IMG/VR virus record: IMGVR_UViG_3300036792_000539
Coordinates: 1 to 58,382 of that record
Source of the DNA: a virus
Taxonomy: Duplodnaviria; Caudoviricetes
Reading direction: 5' to 3' (one strand)
DNA: 58,382 nucleotides
The notes under the pieces were generated by a model. That model made no database searches. It was not told where the DNA came from and worked only from the letters and a program-made list of their open reading frames with translations. The position numbers and the translations under genes were made by a program. Of this stretch, positions 1 through 8,304 are shown in pieces (the stretch's first letter is position 1; each line of letters begins with the position of its first letter).

Positions 1-1041
1 ATGGATAATGCGCTTAAAATTCTCTATGACGAGCTGATCGGCTTTTCGGGGTTGGGCCCCCTAATGGACATGTACCATAAAAACGACTACTCGCCTCTCC
101 ATACCTTCCACGGCATCCTGTCAGCCGTCTCGCCGGTGATCCCGTTCCTGTTGCTGATCGAGATCACCCGGGCTCTGGTCTACAAGCGGTTCAGGATAGA
201 GGACTACCGGATGCCCTTCTTTGTCTTTGTCGCCAACCGGTTTCTGTCGCGGTTCATCAGCATCGCGGCGGTTGGTTTTTGTATCTCGGTATTCACCCGG
301 GTTGCGCTGCTGAAGACCAATTTCACCTGGTACTGGCTCCTGTATGGATATGTGGTCTGGGAGCTGGCGCATTTTGTCTATCATTATCTTGGGCATAAGG
401 TACGGTTGTTCTGGTGCCTCCATTCGACCCATCATGCGCCCCAGTCGATGAATTTGTCGGTGACCTATATGCATTTCTTCCTGGAAGCGCCCTATGCGGA
501 TGTGATCCGCACTTCGATCTGTATCGCAGCCGGGGTCAACCCGCCTTTACTGTTCCTGATCATGGCGATCGACGGCACCTGGGGCGCCTTTATCCATGTA
601 GGGGACAACATCATGAAAGATGGCCGGCTCGGCATGCTGGGCCACCTGGTCCTCACTCCTTCCCACCATCGGGTGCATCATGCCCGCAATCCGCTGTATA
701 TCGACACCAATTTCTGCAACCTGCTGAATATCTGGGACCGGGTATTCCGCACCTATCAGCCGGAAGACCGTTCAGTCCGGATCGAATACGGTATCACCCG
801 GCCCGTCAGGACCCGGAGTTTTACCGACATGTATTTCGGGGAGTTCATTTGCCTCTTCCGTGACATCGCCCATGCACCGGGTCTGTACAACAAGATGCTA
901 TACGTCATCATGCCGCCGGGCTGGAGCCATACCGGCGACCACAAAACCGCGCACGTGATGAAGCAGAGCTCCGCCGCTGCAATGCCTATAAGCCATCCGG
1001 CGGAGAAAAGCGGGGATTTCGCGGGGAAAAATATCCCGTAA
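1..1041 (+). CDS. Sterol desaturase / fatty acid hydroxylase family membrane protein (host gene)
   Basis: Histidine boxes HFVYH, HSTHH and HHRVHH, several hydrophobic segments, and an NFCNLLNIWDRVF motif typical of the family. Confidence 0.9.
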   Translation: MDNALKILYDELIGFSGLGPLMDMYHKNDYSPLHTFHGILSAVSPVIPFLLLIEITRALVYKRFRIEDYRMPFFVFVANRFLSRFISIAAVGFCISVFTRVALLKTNFTWYWLLYGYVVWELAHFVYHYLGHKVRLFWCLHSTHHAPQSMNLSVTYMHFFLEAPYADVIRTSICIAAGVNPPLLFLIMAIDGTWGAFIHVGDNIMKDGRLGMLGHLVLTPSHHRVHHARNPLYIDTNFCNLLNIWDRVFRTYQPEDRSVRIEYGITRPVRTRSFTDMYFGEFICLFRDIAHAPGLYNKMLYVIMPPGWSHTGDHKTAHVMKQSSAAAMPISHPAEKSGDFAGKNIP

Positions 1042-1045
1042 AAAA

Positions 1046-1076
1046 TTTGCTATCAATACATTTTGACTTATTTTTG
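1046..1076 (+). promoter_or_regulatory. Bacteroidota-type sigma-A promoter for the tRNA
   Basis: TTTG (1046-1049), a 19-bp spacer, then TATTTTTG (1069-1076), matching the TTTG-N19-21-TAnnTTTG consensus. Confidence 0.65.
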
Positions 1077-1109
1077 CGATCCCCAAAAAGCGTAGCTTTT
1101 TTCGCGGTT

Positions 1110-1182
1110 GATTCCGTAGCTCAGTTGGTAGAGCAATACACTTTTAATGTATGGGTCCTGGGTTCGAGTCCCAGCGGGATCA
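1110..1182 (+). tRNA. tRNA-Lys (anticodon TTT); probable prophage integration site (attL)
   Basis: Acceptor stem GATTCCG/CGGGATC, D-arm AGCTCAGTTGGTAGAGC, anticodon arm ATACA-CTTTTAA-TGTAT, T-arm CTGGG-TTCGAGT-CCCAG; 73 nt; an integrase follows directly. Confidence 0.97.
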
Positions 1183-1184
1183 CG

Positions 1185-1222
1185 AACCAAAGCCGCGTCA
1201 GTCGTGGCTTTGGTTTTCTTTC
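1185..1222 (+). terminator. Rho-independent terminator after the tRNA
   Basis: Hairpin AACCAAAGCCGCG-tcagt-CGTGGCTTTGGTT followed by a T-rich tract. Confidence 0.75.
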
Positions 1223-1253
1223 TCTTCCAGGCGTGGAGTAATTTTTAACGAAA

Positions 1254-1274
1254 CGGAACACCATCCGGAACACC
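1254..1274 (+). repeat. Direct repeat CGGAACACC x2 (candidate integrase arm-type sites)
   Basis: Exact 9-mers at 1254-1262 and 1266-1274 between the tRNA and integrase; function is inferred. Confidence 0.4.
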
Positions 1275-1292
1275 GTTCAAAAAATTACTGCT

Positions 1293-2552
1293 ATGCCCCT
1301 TTTGCTCCCCAATGGCTGCCACATCGGCAAATTAAGCGTTCACCCCCTGGACTGGGATCAGCCCACCGCTGACATATCGATCGAATGGTATATCCATTAC
1401 CGGTTCCATGATCCCCGCTTTAAAGGACGCTGGCCCAAGGGTTATCCGGTGAAGGTCCGCAATATGAATACCTCCAAGATCCTGGTGCAGCGACAGCGGA
1501 TAACCAAAAGCCTCCTTGCCAATGAAAACCACAATCTCCTGCGTGGGTTCAATCCTCTCCCGGTGCAAGATTCGGAGCTGGAGATATCACCCACAACGGG
1601 ACTCGAGGGGGCGCTAAAAAAGGTCTTTCCGCTGGTGCCTGACAGCGCGACCAAAAAGAAAATGGTAAACGCCCTCCCTCACCTGCAGCTGGCGATCACG
1701 CAGCTGCGTTATGCCGAGCTTCCGGTCAGTGAGATCGAGCAGCATCACCTGGAGAAGGTCCTGATCAAGGTCGGCCGAAATAAGGAGCTGGAATATGACC
1801 GGCTCCGGGCGCTTCCGGAAAGTAAGAAAAAGGCCATTCCGACACAGTGGGGCGCCGAGGCCTTCAACTCCTACCGGGCCTATCTCCAAATCCTCTTTAA
1901 GCAGCTCAAAAAGCTGGGGGCGACGAAGGTCAAACCGGTTGATGATATCGAAAAGAAAACCGGCATCAAGAAACTCCGGATCGGATTCACGACGGAGGAG
2001 TTTGACCGGATCTGCGATCACCTTAAACCCGACTATTACTCTTTTTGGAGGCTTATCCACCTGTTTTTCCCATTGGGTGCCCGGGAAACGGAGTTCATGG
2101 GCATCAAAAAAGAACATGTCAATCTGGTCACCTCAAAGGTCCTGGTGCTGACCAAAAAGGGTAAAGGACCTTGGGAATGGGTATGGAAGACGATCCGGCA
2201 AAAGGAATTGTGGCTTTGGCAGGAGGTGATGGCGGAAGGGTCCGCCGGCCATTACCTTTTCTCCGAAGGGCTGCGACCTGGTCCGGTCCTGATCTCTGCC
2301 CGACAGCTGACCATCCGTTGGCGGAAGCATGTGAAGAAAAAGCTGGGGGTTCAGCAGGATTTCTATGAACTCAAGCATTCCTTCACCACCAAGGTGGTCA
2401 GCATGGCACTGCAGAAGATCGACCAGGCCTCTAGCGAGGCGGCAGCGGTGAACAGCCATAAGGGGACTGAAATGGTGAAGCGGAAATATGACTTGGAGGC
2501 GGGGGAGCGGCTGCACCGGGAACTAAAGGATTCGACGGCCGGCCTCTCATAA
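1293..2552 (+). CDS. int: Tyrosine recombinase / phage integrase
   Basis: Catalytic motifs GARETE (Arg I), FYELKHSF and SHKGTEMVKRKY (Tyr); position next to the tRNA. Confidence 0.9.
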   Translation: MPLLLPNGCHIGKLSVHPLDWDQPTADISIEWYIHYRFHDPRFKGRWPKGYPVKVRNMNTSKILVQRQRITKSLLANENHNLLRGFNPLPVQDSELEISPTTGLEGALKKVFPLVPDSATKKKMVNALPHLQLAITQLRYAELPVSEIEQHHLEKVLIKVGRNKELEYDRLRALPESKKKAIPTQWGAEAFNSYRAYLQILFKQLKKLGATKVKPVDDIEKKTGIKKLRIGFTTEEFDRICDHLKPDYYSFWRLIHLFFPLGARETEFMGIKKEHVNLVTSKVLVLTKKGKGPWEWVWKTIRQKELWLWQEVMAEGSAGHYLFSEGLRPGPVLISARQLTIRWRKHVKKKLGVQQDFYELKHSFTTKVVSMALQKIDQASSEAAAVNSHKGTEMVKRKYDLEAGERLHRELKDSTAGLS

Positions 2553-2595
2553 AAAACCCCGGGTGTACAACGTCCGGAGCTTCGCGGTCCCCGCT

Positions 2596-2859
2596 TTACG
2601 CGATAATATAGACCGGGATTTCAGCGTGCTCCAGAAAACGGAAAAGGGAGAGCTGGTCCACTGCGGTAATAACGATCATGTGCTTGCCGGGGGAAAGTTC
2701 ATCGTCCTCATATTCGGACGTGACGCCAATCCAGCCCATTCCTTCTGCCGCTTCAACCAGGTTGCCAACTCCCTCATCTTCGAGTAGGCTATAGTCCCTG
2801 ATCGTAACCTCGTTGGTTTGGGTAACATAGTTTGCTTTCATTAGATCAAACATAACCAA
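2596..2859 (-). CDS. Small acidic hypothetical protein
   Basis: 87-aa ORF with protein-like composition, convergent with the integrase. Confidence 0.5.
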   Translation of the reverse strand: MVMFDLMKANYVTQTNEVTIRDYSLLEDEGVGNLVEAAEGMGWIGVTSEYEDDELSPGKHMIVITAVDQLSLFRFLEHAEIPVYIIA

Positions 2860-2897
2860 GTCCCGAGATAGTTTTTTACGGGAACCCGTAAAGCACG

Positions 2898-2922
2898 AAA
2901 AAACCCCGGCGAAAGCCGGGGT
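2898..2922 (-). terminator. Hairpin, probable intrinsic terminator (minus strand)
   Basis: AACCCCGGC-gaaa-GCCGGGGTT preceded on the + strand by an A-run, which is a U-tract on the minus strand. Confidence 0.5.
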
Positions 2923-3062
2923 TATCCTAACAAGGTGACTGATGCTCTAACCAGAATTCCATAACCATTAAACCTTATCCTATACGCCCAAGGTACAAAG
3001 AATTACCGATCTGTGGCCTATAGCCTACAATTTATTTTCGGCCGGATGCAGACCTTGCCAGG

Positions 3063-3284
3063 ATGGATGACCGGAAAAGACGGAAATTGCTTCAAAAAAT
3101 AGGCAAAAGGCTCCGGGAGGTCAGAATCGAGAAAGGATTTAGCATCTCGGGACTGGCAGATCAGGCTGATATCGACCGGTCGAACCTTAGCCGGATCGAA
3201 AACGGCGCTGTTGATCCATCTATCTCCACTCTGTATATTCTCGCCGATGCGCTCGATATTCCGATCGCTGAGCTTCTCATTTAG
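3063..3284 (+). CDS. XRE-family helix-turn-helix regulator
   Basis: IGKRLREVRIEKGFS...IDRSNLSRIENG...PSISTLYILADAL, a classic HTH_3 pattern. Confidence 0.92.
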   Translation: MDDRKRRKLLQKIGKRLREVRIEKGFSISGLADQADIDRSNLSRIENGAVDPSISTLYILADALDIPIAELLI

Positions 3285-3299
3285 CTTGTCCTTTCAAAG

Positions 3300-3333
3300 G
3301 AACCCGGTCTGGCATGCGGCCGCCGGGTTTTTT
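3300..3333. terminator. Terminator between the convergent XRE and methylase genes
   Basis: Inverted repeat AACCCGG...CCGGGTT followed by a T-run. Confidence 0.5.
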
Positions 3334-4130
3334 CAGCTGATCGAGTAGTTGGCCGTCATAACCTCAACCTTTTTGCCGCCCGTTCCCTTATTGACCGAGA
3401 TCTTCTGCTCGAATTCCACTTGGTGCCAGCCGGCCGCGGCAGTAAATTCGGCCAAAACCTTGGAATGATAAGAGGAGAGTAAAAACTTGCCTTTGATCGA
3501 AGTGAGGACCTGGAGTAGCTGGCGGAATTCTTCTTCGGTATAACCCCGATAGTGGCCACAATCGCTGTTGAAATAAGGCGGATCGCAATAGAAAAAGCTC
3601 TCCGGCGTGTCCCGACTTCGGATGATATAAAGCGCATCCATGGATTCAAGCTGAACATTCTGCAGCCGGATGGCATATTCCTCGGTGAAGCTTTCTTTTT
3701 TATGCTGGACCTTGCTGGTAGTGCTTGCTTGCTTTTTATCATAGCCCCAAGAACCGTCCAGTATACTGCTGAAGCTCTGACTAGCCAGCACCCAAATCGC
3801 CCAAGCGCGCTGGATATCGCTAAACAGATGCGGAGCGCTATAAATGACGCCGGCGTCGCGGTGCAGATCCCGGCTATGCAGGCTAATCCGGATCTTCATC
3901 TCCAGTTCGGTGAATTTGGTTTTGACAACCTGGTAGAAGTTAATGAGCTCCTTATTCGTATCGTTCAAGATCTCAACTTTGGAGGGATCCTTGGCGAAGA
4001 ATTCCGCTGCGCCGCCGGCGAAAACCGAGGCATAGAGGTTATGTACCGGGATGCGGGAAATGATCTCCTTCGAAAGACGTTGCTTGCCGCCATAATAAGT
4101 GAGCGGTGTCTTCAGGTGAATTCGGGTCAT
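3333..4130 (-). CDS. DNA adenine methyltransferase (Dam/D12 class), orphan
   Basis: YYGGK, FAGG, LND and catalytic DPPY motifs; no restriction endonuclease nearby. Confidence 0.93.
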   Translation of the reverse strand: MTRIHLKTPLTYYGGKQRLSKEIISRIPVHNLYASVFAGGAAEFFAKDPSKVEILNDTNKELINFYQVVKTKFTELEMKIRISLHSRDLHRDAGVIYSAPHLFSDIQRAWAIWVLASQSFSSILDGSWGYDKKQASTTSKVQHKKESFTEEYAIRLQNVQLESMDALYIIRSRDTPESFFYCDPPYFNSDCGHYRGYTEEEFRQLLQVLTSIKGKFLLSSYHSKVLAEFTAAAGWHQVEFEQKISVNKGTGGKKVEVMTANYSIS

Positions 4131-4249
4131 AATGGTAATATTTGAGTTTGTTGCTTGCCACTCTCAAATAAAAGCCAGCCGTGGAAACGGCCGGCCCCAA
4201 AACTAACTGCTTATGAGAAAACTGCCCCCTTGGGCTGAAGGTGGTTCTT

Positions 4250-4831
4250 CTAGGAATTCGTTGTCGTACCGGTACCGGCAGAAGCAGCTGCAGCAGGGAT
4301 CGGGTTGAATGTAAACTTGCTGGCTACTGCAACCGGAGGAGGAGGCGGCGGAGGCGGCGTCACCGGTGCGGTAAAGATCAGGATGCCGGAGCTGGTCGGT
4401 ATAGGATTACCATTCACATCCTCGGCATCGAAATTGATCTGGCCGTCGCTGGCTGATCCCGGAGTATTCTCCGTGACCACAAAATCTTCTTCATCGGAAG
4501 GTGTCGAAACGGTGAATCCCGGAGGATTACCGCTGGGGCCCGGGACGACCGTGTACTTGCAGGATCCGCTTTTGTAAGCTGAATTGGGAAGCACGTTGTC
4601 GCCGGAATCGAGCGGCGCATTAAAACCTGATACGGGTGTGCCTGATGGCACGGTTAAAGTAGGCGCATTCATTGCTGAAAATTTTAAAGTATTAATAATA
4701 AAAGTGAACCGTGATTGATGTGCGGGATGCGGCTGATGGCGGCGGTGAAAGTGTTCATGCAATTCCGCCTTCGCCTTTCGGATATCCCTTTTACAGGTCT
4801 CTATCCACTCCCTAATTTGTTGTTCGAGCAT
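4250..4831 (-). CDS. Hypothetical Pro/Thr/Ser-rich protein with a poly-Pro tract (start uncertain, 4831 or 4672)
   Basis: ORF with a beta-strand-like core and a PPPPPPPP linker. Confidence 0.5.
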   Translation of the reverse strand: MLEQQIREWIETCKRDIRKAKAELHEHFHRRHQPHPAHQSRFTFIINTLKFSAMNAPTLTVPSGTPVSGFNAPLDSGDNVLPNSAYKSGSCKYTVVPGPSGNPPGFTVSTPSDEEDFVVTENTPGSASDGQINFDAEDVNGNPIPTSSGILIFTAPVTPPPPPPPPVAVASKFTFNPIPAAAASAGTGTTTNS

Positions 4832-5019
4832 ATTGTCAGTTTTTAGTGCTGTGATACGTCTTCCAGGGTATCCCATCGCCAGAGCTGCCATTTCGGTTCG
4901 AACTTCGATTCCCTCGGTTTCTTCTTTCCCTGATCGATGAAGGCCTGGAACCGTTCCCGGATCTCCGGCCGCATTACATGCGGTTTTTCAGGAAATGGGG
5001 ATTTGCGCCGCGGCATGGG

Positions 5020-5286
5020 CTATTTAATTTCCGCCCAATGCCATGTTCCGGGCTCTTTGGTTTCTGAATAGACTGCAGAAGTAACCCAGATATCGGCAGG
5101 TCCATCGGTGAATACCCGTAAGTTAACTTTCCCTTCATCGATATATCCAGGCTGATCCAGCCATGGGTTTACGATGATTGCGGGCAATGGCGAAGTCTTG
5201 TTGGAGTTCTTGTTACTTTGATTATCGCTGTCTGTTGGAACATACATGACTATGCGACCAGATGAATATGACTTTGGAGAGTTCAT
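5020..5286 (-). CDS. Small phage hypothetical protein
   Basis: GRIVMYV...PAIIV...VNLRVFTDG...PGTWHW pattern; start moved to the ATG at 5286. Confidence 0.65.
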   Translation of the reverse strand: MNSPKSYSSGRIVMYVPTDSDNQSNKNSNKTSPLPAIIVNPWLDQPGYIDEGKVNLRVFTDGPADIWVTSAVYSETKEPGTWHWAEIK

Positions 5287-5317
5287 AAAAAGGTGTTCGG
5301 TATCCCCGTCCCCGGTT

Positions 5318-5899
5318 TTAAAAATTGAGGACCTTTCGGGCCCGTTCATAATTAGCGGTCCGGACGTCGATGCCGTTCTGACCACCATTGACCAAAAGCG
5401 TCATCCACTGGATCTTTGTGTAGGTCTTTCCGTTGTGATGCCAGACCGTCGTCCAATCCTCCGGATGATCACACACCGCATTCAATGGCTTGGCCGTTGT
5501 CCAGAACCAGCAGGCGGATTGTATTGCATATTCTGGCTGCAAGAGCAGATCCGGGTTGACCAAAAGCCGATCGTCTGCGAAGATGTCTTTGGAGCACCAT
5601 TGATAATTGCCACGGCCAGTTATCTGGATAAGGCCTCGCCCCTTGTACTTCACGCCGTCTCCCGGGTGAATATTTCCTAGATCCGACCGGCCTTCATATT
5701 CGGCGCCGGTGGCCAGCTCTTTTACATGGGAAAAGTTGATAGATTCTTCTGCTACCTGCGCGAGGAAACCGCCTATGCGTTGCGGCGTGTCGATGTGATA
5801 GTGCGGCAGCAGCTGCTGCAGGAAGGGCAGATACAAAGCCAGGTTCCCGGGGGTGATCCCGGGAACGATGGCCTGTAGGATGGATTGGTCTATGGTCAT
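5318..5899 (-). CDS. Endolysin, glycoside hydrolase family 19 (chitinase-like lysozyme)
   Basis: FLAQVAEES, YEGRSDLGN, DGVKYKGRGLIQITGR, SACWFW and VNGGQNG motifs. Confidence 0.92.
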   Translation of the reverse strand: MTIDQSILQAIVPGITPGNLALYLPFLQQLLPHYHIDTPQRIGGFLAQVAEESINFSHVKELATGAEYEGRSDLGNIHPGDGVKYKGRGLIQITGRGNYQWCSKDIFADDRLLVNPDLLLQPEYAIQSACWFWTTAKPLNAVCDHPEDWTTVWHHNGKTYTKIQWMTLLVNGGQNGIDVRTANYERARKVLNF

Positions 5900-5912
5900 G
5901 GGTCTAGGTTTG

Positions 5913-6299
5913 TTAGATGAAGGGTTGAATAACGGCGAAAATCACCAGGGCCAGGATCTCGATGATCCATGTCCGGGCGCCGAATAGGCGGAGCTCGATC
6001 TTATCCTCAAGGGAAGTCGACGAAAGACTGATATAGGTCCAGGATAGCCCTCGGAAACGGTTGAGGGCGACATTAAATACCGTCAGCCGACCCGCTCCCT
6101 GCGCAATGCCGTAGAGCATGAACTTATACCATGGGACCAGGGAGCCGCATACCCACCAACCCGCCGCAAGGATCAGTAAGGCATAGGCGGCCGCCCATAG
6201 TCCGTGATAGATCGGCCGGTTATTTTTTATCAACCGGCTTTGCCAATAGGCCATCCCGACCGTTATGACCAGGAGGATAAGTTCGGATAGGTACACCAT
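5913..6299 (-). CDS. Multi-pass membrane protein in the lysis module
   Basis: Three to four hydrophobic segments; next to the endolysin. Confidence 0.6.
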   Translation of the reverse strand: MVYLSELILLVITVGMAYWQSRLIKNNRPIYHGLWAAAYALLILAAGWWVCGSLVPWYKFMLYGIAQGAGRLTVFNVALNRFRGLSWTYISLSSTSLEDKIELRLFGARTWIIEILALVIFAVIQPFI

Positions 6300-6300
6300 G

Positions 6301-6798
6301 CTAATAAGTTTGTGGGGCGGTTGACCAAAATGACTCCAGGTCGCCGCCATACTTCATATAGTCCATCTTCCTGATCTCCCGCTCCGTATTAAAGTAGTAG
6401 AAGCCGCCGATGAAGCTGCCGCCAATCACAATGGATCCGAAGGCGATCATCAGTGTCCACATAGCGTTTTGCCCATTGGAGGTGAGATAGACGTAAATCC
6501 CCATGCCGATCAACACGATAGCGATGCCGACGACCAGCATCCACTTATTTCCACTTCCCCACTTTTGATAGAGCGTGAATTCGACGATATATACCGAATC
6601 GCAGAATTGAGGGTTGGAGCCGGCATTGGCCGCTGGAATTTCGCGCACGTCGCCGGCGTCGAGGAGTGCTTGCACGGAATCGGTAAGCGGAGAGAACGCA
6701 CAGGATTGAGCGACCTGTCGCCCGACAATCTTGTTGTGATAGTCTTTGCTGCAGGAGGCAAAGCAGAGGATCAGGGCAAATAAGGCGAAGATTTTCAT
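6301..6798 (-). CDS. Lipoprotein with two internal TM helices (lysis module)
   Basis: MKIFALFALILCFASC lipobox plus two hydrophobic helices. Confidence 0.65.
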   Translation of the reverse strand: MKIFALFALILCFASCSKDYHNKIVGRQVAQSCAFSPLTDSVQALLDAGDVREIPAANAGSNPQFCDSVYIVEFTLYQKWGSGNKWMLVVGIAIVLIGMGIYVYLTSNGQNAMWTLMIAFGSIVIGGSFIGGFYYFNTEREIRKMDYMKYGGDLESFWSTAPQTY

Positions 6799-6800
6799 AT

Positions 6801-7439
6801 TTATTTTTTTAGTAAAGCCCCTAGCAGCACGACGACGATCGCGCCAGCGAGGCCCTTGTTTAGAAACTGGCTAAATTTCAACCTTCCCCCTACTTTTTGA
6901 TAATCGGAATAGAGGGCGTTATACTTGGCCGCCTGGAAATTGACGGTTGTGTCGGCGTGCAGATAAAGCGATCGCCAGGAAGCGGCTGTGCTGTCTTTGA
7001 TCATGCCCTGCTGGACCATGGCGCTCACCAGGCTATCCGTGAGCAACCGGTATCCGCTGACAGCTACTTTTCCCGCCTCCACTTCCGTGGACAGAGTATC
7101 GCAGGTAGCAATGATCCGAATGGTATCCTTCTGGACCTCGGCTGTATGCAGATTGCCGATCGTGTGACCAATGGCTTTTCCGTCAACCACAACGGCACTA
7201 TCCGCTGTCGATCGTTCTGCCATGAGCCAGTTGATCTGATTCTGCTGGTCGGCAGAATCCTGCTGCAGCTGCGCAATATGGGCCATTTTTGCAGTGGAAT
7301 CGGTCTGTAGGGCTTTGATGGCGCTGTCCAGGCTTGCATTATCCCCAGCATGCGAAGGGGGCGAGTAGCAACCTCGAAGAAAGTAAAAGACAGCGCCGAT
7401 GATCAGCGCGGTGCAGATGAGAGGAATCCATTTTGTCAT
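6801..7439 (-). CDS. Spanin-like protein (possible unimolecular spanin)
   Basis: From Met at 7439: hydrophobic N-terminus ending LRGC (lipobox-like), coiled-coil middle, C-terminal TM helix GLAGAIVVVLLGALLKK. Confidence 0.55.
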   Translation of the reverse strand: MTKWIPLICTALIIGAVFYFLRGCYSPPSHAGDNASLDSAIKALQTDSTAKMAHIAQLQQDSADQQNQINWLMAERSTADSAVVVDGKAIGHTIGNLHTAEVQKDTIRIIATCDTLSTEVEAGKVAVSGYRLLTDSLVSAMVQQGMIKDSTAASWRSLYLHADTTVNFQAAKYNALYSDYQKVGGRLKFSQFLNKGLAGAIVVVLLGALLKK

Positions 7440-7509
7440 TACGTTCGTTTTTGTCGGACCCCTGCGCGATAATCCTGCGAGGACCAGGATTATCGCCGGG
7501 CATCCGGTT

Positions 7510-7671
7510 TTACAATTTGGCTTTAAATGCGGCCAGGGTTTGAGCGCCGGCGGCTGTAGCGGCTTTGATTTCCGCATCCAGCTTCGCCTTCAGGCTCGCT
7601 TTCGTGTTATTCCAGGCCACCAGAGCGCCTACAATAAAGCCGGCAGCTCCCACTACGAGGTACAGTAGCAT
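7510..7671 (-). CDS. Small single-TM protein
   Basis: MLLYLVVGAAGFIVGALVAW..., 53 aa, within the lysis cluster. Confidence 0.55.
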   Translation of the reverse strand: MLLYLVVGAAGFIVGALVAWNNTKASLKAKLDAEIKAATAAGAQTLAAFKAKL

Positions 7672-7693
7672 ATGATTGTTTTTTGATGACGGG

Positions 7694-7975
7694 TTATGGT
7701 TTCGCCTGATCGGGCGCAGTGTCCGGGTCCTTGAGGCCGAACTTTCCCAGCGTTCCCTTAATTGCCGGAATCGCACTGTCTCCGAACACCAGGGAAATAT
7801 TGATCACCAGGAATTGATAAAGCTGCGACTGGAGATCGGCTTGCAACACTCTGGTGTGGTCGTACAGGTTAACCAGGACGACAGCGATAAAGGTGAACAT
7901 GGCCAAAAACAGAATGACCCTTTTACTGGATAGTGTGCCGTCAGGGCCTGTCAGAATGGATTTTAGCATTTTCAT
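7694..7975 (-). CDS. Putative holin
   Basis: 93 aa with two TM helices, a DGTLSSKR motif and an MKM possible dual start; upstream of the endolysin. Confidence 0.6.
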   Translation of the reverse strand: MKMLKSILTGPDGTLSSKRVILFLAMFTFIAVVLVNLYDHTRVLQADLQSQLYQFLVINISLVFGDSAIPAIKGTLGKFGLKDPDTAPDQAKP

Positions 7976-7985
7976 AACTGCTTGT

Positions 7986-8303
7986 TTAATGTTTAAAAAT
8001 GTGCTCCACGATATAGGTGAAAATCAGAGCGATGGTCCCGCCCGCCATGCTCCACATCAGTTTCACCTGGGTATTGCTTTTGATCGCGGTTTTTTCGATC
8101 CGGTCGACTCGTTCCTCGAGATTTTCTTTTTGCTTTTCCAGATCAATGACCCGCTGGATAAGTCCGCCGTCTCTGGCCAGTTCATTACCGACCAGGGCGT
8201 AATGGATGTTATCCAGCTTTTGGCCAAAGGCGGCCACATCCTTTTTGATATCCCGAATATCGGCCTGCGTAGCGGCGACGAGGTGTGGGTTTTCGGATGC
8301 CAT
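7986..8303 (-). CDS. Coiled-coil protein with C-terminal TM helix (holin/antiholin-like)
   Basis: Heptad region followed by a single C-terminal hydrophobic helix; first gene of the lysis cluster. Confidence 0.6.
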   Translation of the reverse strand: MASENPHLVAATQADIRDIKKDVAAFGQKLDNIHYALVGNELARDGGLIQRVIDLEKQKENLEERVDRIEKTAIKSNTQVKLMWSMAGGTIALIFTYIVEHIFKH

Positions 8304-8304
8304 A

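Noticed and set aside
1047-1372. Short ORFs overlapping the tRNA
   Set aside because: They are translations of the tRNA and its terminator.
4334-4358. GGA/GGC run as a phase-variable repeat
   Set aside because: Mixed triplets encoding a poly-Pro linker; slippage would not change the frame.
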